A stretch of 63,313 nt of DNA, the filler included, from Octopus bimaculoides (lineage: Eukaryota): NCBI RefSeq assembly GCF_001194135.2. It is 6 parts of 6 records of this genome, joined end to end, with 100 filler letters (N's around TTAATTAATTAA, not from the genome) between each part and the next. Parts side by side here need not be neighbours in the genome. Positions count along the whole stretch, not along the records: positions 33,300 to 41,266 come from NC_068986.1; positions 41,367 to 49,088 come from NW_026425249.1; positions 49,189 to 56,540 come from NC_068999.1; 3 more parts are not named here. One strand, written 5' to 3'. Shown here one piece after another: positions 40,373-49,264 of the stretch. How positions within the stretch are numbered: position 1 is the first letter of the stretch; every line of letters starts with the position of its first letter. The translations under genes were made by a program, and so were the position numbers. Under the pieces are notes generated by a model, which was given only the letters and a program-made list of their open reading frames with translations, was not told the origin of the DNA and ran no database searches.

Positions 40373-40481
40373 AACTACATGTACTTATCGCGCTACTAAT
40401 AGTTTCCCGTAAATGCGTACGTTCATCAGGCGTCAATCACTTGTACGGGAAACTACTGTAGTGTGATAAGTACATGTGGTT
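40373..40481. repeat. Inverted repeat / ~109-nt hairpin
   Basis: AACTACATGTACTTATCGCGCTACTAATAGTTTCCCGTA pairs with TACGGGAAACTACTGTAGTGTGATAAGTACATGTGGTT across a 32-nt loop. Confidence 0.85.
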
Positions 40482-40506
40482 TAAACATTTAGTAATAAAT
40501 AAATAT

Positions 40507-41012
40507 ATATTAATTTGCGCATTCAATCCAACTTAACTTCGATATGCTGGTAAGAACGCCTTAGACTGCGGTAATCAACCTGAGAAATCATCTTGTATAG
40601 GCATTAGGTGCTTTGAAAAGCACAGATTACATCGGTAGCCGAAATTTCATCAGAACCGGTTGGTTGTACATTCGTCAGAACCAGCGGATGGGACTGTTGT
40701 AAACTGTGCATCATCAGCAACAGGCACCTAGGCCTCGAATATCAGAACAAAAGTCAATCAAACACATTTAGTTTAACACTGACTAAACAGTCAGTGATGT
40801 CGTAAAAAAGCTGGCGGGATGTGTATAAATTAGCTGTCAGCGACGGAAGCAGTTTTCGTAACGAATATTAATTTGCACATCCAACTTAACTTGGATATAT
40901 TGTTAAGAATGCAATAGATTGCGGCAATCGTCCTGAGAAATAAATCTCGTATAGACGTTGGGTGCTAAAAAAGCATACATAATATCGGTTGACAAAATTT
41001 CGTCTGTACCGG
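40507..41012 (+). repeat. Diverged ~150-bp direct repeat (40507-40660 and 40865-41012)
   Basis: Shared skeleton ATATTAATTTGC..AT...CCAACTTAACTT.GATAT...G.TAAGAA.GC..TAGA.TGCGG.AATC..CCTGAGAAAT...GGTGCT...AAAAGCA.A.A.TA.ATCGGT...AAATTTC.TC.G.ACCGG. Confidence 0.75.
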
Positions 41013-41310
41013 CCGGCGGGATTGTTATATCGTATGATTTCTGCATAAATCGTTTGTTGCTGATAATGCACTTCCAACACACCTCGCCAGCTTTCCATGC
41101 CTTAGGACAAGTCAGACGGAACTTTTTGTGCTGCTTGGCAGCGGTTTGTGAGTGGGCGTTGTACCGGTGGAAAAAATGTATTCGGACCTTAGTGAGTATG
41201 AGCTGTCCTCAGCGGAGGAGGAGCTCGTTAAGGCGGTAAATAGAATGGATGAGCATTTGGAAAGCCNNNNNNNNNNNNNNNNNNNNNNNNNNNNNNNNNN
41301 NNNNNNNNNN

Positions 41311-41322
41311 TTAATTAATTAA
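41311..41322. other. Artificial scaffolding linker TTAATTAATTAA
   Basis: Same linker inside an N spacer. Confidence 0.9.
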
Positions 41323-41366
41323 NNNNNNNNNNNNNNNNNNNNNNNNNNNNNNNNNNNNNNNNNNNN

Positions 41367-41918
41367 CATGGTTCCGAGTTCAGTCCCACTGCGTGGCACC
41401 TTGAGCAAATGTTTTCTACTATAGCCTCGGGCCGACCAAAGCCTTGTGAGTGGATTTGGTAGACGGAAACTGAAAGAAGCCCGTCGTATATATATATGTA
41501 TATATATCTATATATGTGTGAGTAAAAATAAATACAAAAAAAAAGGGTTTTGTATGATCGTGTATAGAGGAATATATTATTTTATTTAAAAGAGTTCCAA
41601 CTCTGTCTGTTTTTTATGTTTTTTATTTATATTCTTGTAAAATTTATGTGGGATATAGAATATGGAATATGTCTTATTGAATATATGAAATATTGAGTGT
41701 TCAATATAAAGGATTAAATATATATAAAGGATTAAATATATATAAAGGATTAAATATATATATAAATATATAAAGGAGAATATGTATTTTCTATACCTTG
41801 TGGTATTTCATCATGGCCGGTATGACAGACTGTAACAGACTATGTATATATGTGCGTGTATATATTTGTGTGTATGTGTTTGTCCCCCTAGCATCGCTTG
41901 ACAACCGATGCTGGTGTG
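41367..41918 (+). mobile_element. Family A SINE, truncated at the inverted repeat
   Basis: The 5' half is intact. The 3' half stops at GACAACCGATGCTGGTGTG, where the consensus would continue TTTA. Confidence 0.75.
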
Positions 41919-42028
41919 CGACATTTAAGCTTGTTCATATATAAATCCACAAGCGCGCACACAGACACACACACACGTTCGGTCGCAAATTCACATTTAA
42001 GATTTTAGATGAGTCGCGAACCTTAATA
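41913..42028 (+). repeat. Left arm of a ~115-bp inverted repeat (partner 44463-44576)
   Basis: 41936-42028 is the exact reverse complement of the right arm apart from one CA unit. The outer ~23 bp has a few mismatches. Confidence 0.92.
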
Positions 42029-42076
42029 TTCATTAGACCAGGTCATCAGCAAAGCAATGAAGAAGAAAACAAGATA

Positions 42077-42612
42077 CGAGGGGATACCCCCAAAGTAATC
42101 GGAAACGTTCCCGTTGTAGTTCGGGCTTCCGCCGGTGAGAAGACACTTTATGCAACCCTCAGGCATCAGTCAGCCAACCGGCGTCGTCCAGTCGAGTCGT
42201 ACTGCTACATGTTGTGTCTTTTGCTTTGCAGTGTATCTTCCCTGTTCGTCGATTTTTTGCGATGGCTGAAACGATGGAACAGCGTGCTTCCGTGGAATTC
42301 TGTTCTCTGCTGAGGAAAAGGGCAGCCGAAACAGTTACCATGCTTCAAACAGCTTACAAGGACACTGCTATGAGCGAAACACAAGTTTACACAATTTTAG
42401 GAATGGTCAGTTGTCGTTTGAAAAGAAACAACGGAGGCGTCAGAAAGCATCACTTTGCAAGAGTTGCAGCGTTGCTTCGAACAGTGGAAAACGCGTCTGG
42501 GCCGATTCAGTGCTTCAAATGGAGAATATTTGAAGGCGATAAAAGTATAAACATGTAAAATTAAGTGATTATAATAACAGCAAAATTCTGGTTTCTTTTG
42601 GGTACCCCCTCG
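42077..42612 (+). mobile_element. Internally deleted mariner element (536 bp)
   Basis: TA-flanked TIRs CGAGGGG.TACCC..AA.G.AA.C. It encodes an N-terminal HTH remnant MAETMEQRASVEFCSLLRKRAAETVTMLQTAYKDTAMSETQVY. Confidence 0.88.
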
Positions 42613-42626
42613 TATATAAAAAGAAA

Positions 42627-43009
42627 GTGGAGGCGCAATGGCCCAGTGGTTAGGGCAGTGGACTCGCGGTCATAGGATCGCGGTTTCGATTCCCAGACCG
42701 GGCGTTGTGAGTGTTTATTGATCGAAAACACCTATAAGCACCACGAGGCTCCGGCAGGGGATGGTGGCGAACTCTGCTGTACTCTTTCACCACAACTTTC
42801 TCTCACTCTTACTTCCTGTTTCTGCTTTGTGCCTGTAATTCAAAGGGGGTCAGCCTTGTCACGCTGAATATCCCCCGAGAACTACGTTAAGGGTACACGT
42901 GTCTGTAGAGTACTCAGCCACTTGAACGTTAATTTCACGAGCAGGCTGTTCCGTTGATCGGATCAACTGGAACCCCTCGACGTCGTAAGCGACGGAGTGC
43001 CAACAACAA
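42627..43009 (+). mobile_element. tRNA-derived SINE (family C), full length
   Basis: A-box GGCCCAGTGGTTAGG, B-box GTTTCGATTCCC, and 3' end GATCGGATCAACTGGAACCC.CG..GTCG.AAGCGACGGAGTGCCAACAACAA. Confidence 0.88.
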
Positions 43010-43034
43010 TAAAAAGAAAAAACCAAGGACTTAC

Positions 43035-43454
43035 ATGTATTTTTGTTTCGGTTTGCAATAACTTGTCAGGTCGTCTTTGAACACACGTCGTATTTATAGT
43101 GACTACTTCAATAGTGTAGGGCACGAAATCATCCCGATACTCGCTCTTCAGGGCGGAAGCGTTGCCTGGAACCAACATATGGACCTTTTTGGTCGACTGT
43201 CCGCACTGGCCCCCTAAAGATTTGCAGCGGCCGTGGTATACATATTTCGGGTAGCGCGATTTATCGTCTGAACGATTTACCACGGTTTCACATGGGGTGA
43301 CCAAATGAGGCTTCTCTTCGTTGACATCCTCGAGTGAATTGTAAACAAATGCATCAAACTGTGTGCGATGGGCGTTGTACGATCTGATGAATAAGTCGGA
43401 TTTCACTTGCAGGTTGTTACAACACCACGTGATCAGAGTAAGCAACAGGATCAT
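43035..43454 (-). CDS. Secreted IL-17-like cystine-knot protein (140-codon coding exon)
   Basis: Pyrimidine tract plus CAG acceptor directly before the ATG at 43454, and a CAT|GTAAGT donor at 43035/43034 (phase 0/0, 420 nt open). Signal peptide MILLLTLITWCCNNLQVKS. The segment C-ETVVNRS-DDKSRYPKYVYHGRC-KSLG aligns without gaps to human IL-17A [27 protein letters not shown]. The C-terminal strand is YTIEVVTINTTCV. Confidence 0.72.
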
Positions 43455-43500
43455 CTGGATCGAGAAGAAACAACACATAGATGTACAATCTAATAATATG

Positions 43501-43531
<31 letters not shown>

Positions 43532-44462
43532 NNNNNNNNNNNNNNNNNNNNNNNNNNNNNNNNNNNNNNNNNNNNNNNNNNNNNNNNNNNNNNNNNNNNN
43601 NNNNNNNNNNNNNNNNNNNNNNNNNNNNNNNNNNNNNNNNNNNNNNNNNNNNNNNNNNNNNNNNNNNNNNNNNNNNNNNNNNNNNNNNNNNNNNNNNNNN
43701 NNNNNNNNNNNNNNNNNNNNNNNNNNNNNNNNNNNNNNNNNNNNNNNNNNNNNNNNNNNNNNNNNNNNNNNNNNNNNNNNNNNNNNNNNNNNNNNNNNNN
43801 NNNNNNNNNNNNNNNNNNNNNNNNNNNNNNNNNNNNNNNNNNNNNNNNNNNNNNNNNNNNNNNNNNNNNNNNNNNNNNNNNNNNNNNNNNNNNNNNNNNN
43901 NNNNNNNNNNNNNNNNNNNNNNNNNNNNNNNNNNNNNNNNNNNNNNNNNNNNNNNNNNNNNNNNNNNNNNNNNNNNNNNNNNNNNNNNNNNNNNNNNNNN
44001 NNNNNNNNNNNNNNNNNNNNNNNNNNNNNNNNNNNNNNNNNNNNNNNNNNNNNNNNNNNNNNNNNNNNNNNNNNNNNNNNNNNNNNNNNNNNNNNNNNNN
44101 NNNNNNNNNNNNNNNNNNNNNNNNNNNNNNNNNNNNNNNNNNNNNNNNNNNNNNNNNNNNNNNNNNNNNNNNNNNNNNNNNNNNNNNNNNNNNNNNNNNN
44201 NNNNNNNNNNNNNNNNNNNNNNNNNNNNNNNNNNNNNNNNNNNNNNNNNNNNNNNNNNNNNNNNNNNNNNNTATATATATATATATATATCAACGGAAGA
44301 CTGAAACAACATTTTGTATTATTCATTCTCCCTTACATCTGTTTCATTGCTTAATAGGAATTACATAGGTGCACATGTAGAAAATTATGTGAGGCATTTA
44401 TTAGTAATTCTTCTAGGATGAATAATACCAATTTTTCCGGTCTTCTTTTTTCTTTTCATTTG

Positions 44463-44576
44463 TATTAAGGTTCGCGACTCATCTAAAATCTTAAATGTGA
44501 ATTTGCGACCGAACGTGTGTGTGTCTGTGTGCGCGCTTGTGGATTTATATATGGACTAGCTTAAAAGTTGCACACC
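44463..44576 (-). repeat. Right arm of the ~115-bp inverted repeat (partner 41913-42028)
   Basis: TATTAAGGTTCGCGACTCATCTAAAATCTTAAATGTGAATTTGCGACCGAACGTGTG...GCGCGCTTGTGGATTTATATATG is the reverse complement of the left arm. Confidence 0.92.
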
Positions 44577-44830
44577 GTGCGGACTTTTGTAGAGGGCTGA
44601 TTGGGCCTGCGGCCCAAAACTGAAGGCACCTAAACAGCATGGCTGTAATGACTATATTTATGTGTGTTTGTCATTGTGCTTGTGTTTGTCGCCTCCCCCA
44701 CACACACCTTGACAGCCGATGTTGGTATGTTTATATCCCTTAGTAGTTCGGCAAAAGTGACCGATAGAATAAGTACTAGGTTGTGATCCAGCATGGCCAC
44801 AGTCAAATGACTGAAACGTATTAAACAAGG

Positions 44831-45217
44831 TGTTGGCACTCCGTCGCTTGCGACGACGAGGGTTCCAGTTGATCCGATCAACGGAACAGCCTGCTCGTGA
44901 AATTAACGTGCAAGTGGCTGAGCACTCCACAGACACGTGTACCCTTAACGTAGTTCTCAGGGGATATTCAGCGTGACACAGTGTGACAAGGCTGACCCTT
45001 TGAATTACAGGCACAACAGAAACAGGAAGAAAGAGTGAGAGAAAGTTGTGGTGGAAGAGTACAGCAGGGTTCGCCACCACCATCCCCTGCCGGAGCCTCG
45101 TGGAGCTTTTATGTGTTTTCGCTCAATAAACACTCACAACGCTCGGTCTGGGAATCGAAACCACGATCCTATGACCGCGAGTCCGCTGCCCTAACCACTG
45201 GGCCATTGCGCCTCCAC
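44831..45217 (-). mobile_element. Family C SINE, full length, inverted relative to 42627-43009
   Basis: The reverse complement aligns end to end with the + copy, about 90% identical by eye. Confidence 0.88.
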
Positions 45218-45807
45218 ATTAAACAATAAAAGAATAAAAGAATAAAAGATTGTACACATGTAAAACGAGAGAAAGGAAAGACTGAAGATATTCAGTTTAA
45301 TGAATGATGTATATGTATGTGTGTAATCATTTTAGCTGTCATTGGTAAAGTTGTTTAGCCCCAGGTCAGTCTTGACCCAGACAGACCTATGATCAAAGAT
45401 GTTCCAGATGTGACAAATCCTGTCTTTTATTCCGGCATAGTGTATCTAGGACTACATTATCTAATGTGTCCTTCCTTGTTGTGGTTTAGCCCCAGGTCAG
45501 TCCTGATCCAGAAGACTTGTGATCAAAGGTGTTCCAACTGTGACCATCCTGTCTAGGACTACATTATCTATCTCGTTGTTGTTAAGCCCTCCATTTGTGC
45601 TGGTCCAACACATCTATGATGAAAGAGGAATTACTTTGTTGTTGTTAAGCCTGCGCGCGTGAGCGAATCAGTCCTGGGGTCGATTTGTTCGACTAAAGCG
45701 GTGCTCCCGCTTGGCCGCAGTCAAATGACTGAAACAAGTAAAATGATAAAATACATAACGTGTGTATGTATGTGTGCATGTATGTGTGTACATATATATG
45801 TGTGTGT

Positions 45808-46120
45808 GTGGAGGCGCAATGTCCCAGATGTTATGGCAGCGGACTCGCGGTTTCGATTCCCAGACCGGGCGTTGTGAGTGTTTATTGAGCGAATACACAT
45901 AAAAAGCTCCACGAGGCTCCGGCAGGGGGTGGGGGATGGAGACCCCTATTGTACTCTTTCGCCCCAACTTTCTCCCTGTTTCTTGAGTAACGCTGCAGTG
46001 GACTGGCGTCCCGTCCAGCTGGGGGTGGGGAACACATACGCCATAGAAACCGGGAAACCGGGCCCATGAGCCTGGATAGGCTTTGAAAGGGCGCATAAAT
46101 AAATAAATAAATAAATAAAT
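45808..46120 (+). mobile_element. Family C SINE head with a different 3' tail
   Basis: Same GGAGGCGCAATG head and CCACGAGGCTCCGGCAGGGG core, but the tail is GACTGGCGTCCCGTCCAGC...GAAAGGGCGCAT(AAAT)n. That tail is also seen at 62130-62275. Confidence 0.75.
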
Positions 46121-46558
46121 GTATGTACGTATGCATGTATGTATGGGTTCTTTTTCTCCTATTTTTAATTATGAGAAGTGGGTTTCTAACAAACAAACAA
46201 AGCTTGATCTTTGAAATGTGATAAAAATAAATTCTCATTTTGAAATTGAGAAAAGTCTTGCATTTCTTTATTGTTCGGCTTACAGATTATATTTGTAATT
46301 TGCGAGTTAGTTATTCGAATTCTTTTTCTGCCAACCCCAGCTTTTCGAGTTTGTCACTTATATATTTACTAACGAAATCGAATGCACCCATGGTATGAAT
46401 GTGAATTTGTAATCTGGGTATAGAAGCTGGATTTTCGAAGAGATAATCCCATCAGCAGGGAAGCTGATCTCCATGATGGTGCATACTTTTTCTTATCTCT
46501 TTCTCTTTCTCAAAACGATAGTTTTGATGAGAATGTTCCATCAACATTCCTTTTATTG

Positions 46559-46965
46559 AAGGCGGTGAGCTGGCAGAATCGTTAGCATGCCGGGCGAAAT
46601 GCTTAGCGGTATTTCGTCTGCCACTGCGTTCTGAGTTCAAATTCCGCCGAGGTCGACTTTGCCTTTCATCCTTTCGGGGTCGATAAATTAAGTACCAGTT
46701 ACGCACTGGGGTCGATATAATCGACTTAATCCGTTTGTCTGTCCTTGTTTGTCCCCTCTGTGTGTAGCCCCCTTGTGGGCAGTAAAGAAATAGGTATTTC
46801 GTCTGTCTTTGCGTTCTGAGTTCAAATTCCGCCGAGGTCGGCTTTGCCTTTCATCCTTTCGGGGGTCGATAAATTAGGTACCAGTTGCATACTGGGATCG
46901 ATCTAATCGACTTGCCCCTCCCCCAAAATTTCGGGCCTTGTACCTAGAGTAGAAAAGAATATTCC
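46559..46965 (+). mobile_element. Two tandem family B SINEs (full copy plus 5'-truncated copy with an alternative tail)
   Basis: TTCTGAGTTCAAATTCCGCCGAGGTCG.CTTTGCCTTTCATCCTTTCGGGG occurs twice. Confidence 0.85.
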
Positions 46966-47587
46966 TTGTGTTGCTATGCATATATGTGTGTGCGTGTGTG
47001 TATGTATGTATGTATGTGGCATGATGATCATTGTGGAACCTCGCTGACCCAGGGCTAAAATCTACAGCAAGAACAACATCAAATTACATACGATGAAAAG
47101 AAAGGAAAAAAAGAACGAAAAGAAATGTCTTATACATACCTTATTTCTTGACATTGTCATCATCAAATATATATATATAATATAATATAATATATCAATG
47201 TATATATATATATATACCGGTGTTTGGTAGGGAACGGCCACGGGAATAGAATTTTAAAGACGAACGGATCAACAGTCAATTCTGATATAAGATATATATA
47301 TATTTGTGTGTATGTGTGTTGATGTTGCCGGCGTCGGATATAGGAAAAACCTGATGTAGTTAGGTTTAAATGGTTACATAAATTCTAATGTGTGTTACAG
47401 ATTTCTTATGCATTAACATATATTTTATATAGATATAAATATATATTTTCATGTATCTATATATATATATTAAATTTATATAAATATATTTGTGAAGGAA
47501 AACAAAGAGACAGTGTGTGTGTGTATTTTGTATAAATTAAAGCGGTGTTAAAGTCGTCTGCTAGCAGCGAATGTGTGTATATATGTA

Positions 47588-47622
<35 letters not shown>

Positions 47623-48201
47623 NNNNNNNNNNNNNNNNNNNNNNNNNNNNNNNNNNNNNNNNNNNNNNNNNNNNNNNNNNNNNNNNNNNNNNNNNNNNNN
47701 NNNNNNNNNNNNNNNNNNNNNNNNNNNNNNNNNNNNNNNNNNNNNNNNNNNNNNNNNNNNNNNNNNNNNNNNNNNNNNNNNNNNNNNNNNNNNNNNNNNN
47801 NNNNNNNNNNNNNNNNNNNNNNNNNNNNNNNNNNNNNNNNNNNNNNNNNNNNNNNNNNNNNNNNNNNNNNNNNNNNNNNNNNNNNNNNNNNNNNNNNNNN
47901 NNNNNNNNNNNNNNNNNNNNNNNNNNNNNNNNNNNNNNNNNNNNNNNNNNNNNNNNNNNNNNNNNNNNNNNNNNNNNNNNNNNNNNNNNNNNNNNNNNNN
48001 NNNNNNNNNNNNNNNNNNNNNNNNNNNNNNNNNNNNNNNNNNNNNNNNNNNNNNNNNNNNNNNNNNNNNNNNNNNNNNNNNNNNNNNNNNNNNNNNNNNN
48101 NNNNNNNNNNNNNNNNNNNNNNNNNNNNNNNNNNNNNNNNNNNNNNNNNNNNNNNNNNNNNNNNNNNNNNNNNNNNNNNNNNNNNNNNNNNNNNNNNNNN
48201 N

Positions 48202-48240
<39 letters not shown>

Positions 48241-48305
48241 TGTGTTTGTGTGTGTGTGTGTGTCTGTAGATTGCGCAACTTCCGCTCCTTTGATTCAACA
48301 ATAAT

Positions 48306-48377
<72 letters not shown>

Positions 48378-48747
48378 TACTACTACTACTACTATTACAA
48401 TAAACAAGTACTTACTTTTGGAATGTGTACTTACGGATGGGTGTACGTACGAAAATCTATGAATGTATTACACATGCATANNNNNNNNNNNNNNNNNNNN
48501 NNNNNNNNNNNNNNNNNNNNNNNNNNTGTGTGTGTGTGTGTTGGGGGGGGGGGGGTCGGAGTTGTTTGTTAAATATAAAACTTCCTGTTTTTTTATCGTT
48601 TACGATTGCCGGACGATAACTCTTCGCAGAACATAAAAATAGATGTACATCGAAACTTAGATGTATACATGTGCACATTATCTACGTATCTGTCTATGAA
48701 TGTCTGAGTGTCCACCCACACCTAAATAATGTGAGTGTGTGTCTTCC

Positions 48748-48786
<39 letters not shown>

Positions 48787-49132
48787 AGGCGTGCGTACAC
48801 ACACACACACACACGCATACATACACGCTCACATACACGCGCATACAGATCAATGCACATATACCTCACACATAACTCCCCCACACACCACACACACAAC
48901 ACGCACATACACGCACACACAACATACCCGCGCACATGTATCACGGTCCGATGTTCCTGAAACAGCTGTTAAGTATCCCACCCGTGAGGGATCGATGCTA
49001 AATGTATCGAAAAAATTGTTGTGATTAAATGCTCATATCTTCCATCTTCCATCTTTCGTTCACCGTATATATATATATATATATATATNNNNNNNNNNNN
49101 NNNNNNNNNNNNNNNNNNNNNNNNNNNNNNNN

Positions 49133-49144
49133 TTAATTAATTAA
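49133..49144. other. Artificial scaffolding linker TTAATTAATTAA
   Basis: Same linker inside an N spacer. Confidence 0.9.
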
Positions 49145-49214
49145 NNNNNNNNNNNNNNNNNNNNNNNNNNNNNNNNNNNNNNNNNNNNACAAACACACGC
49201 ACACACGCACACGC

Positions 49215-49264
<50 letters not shown>

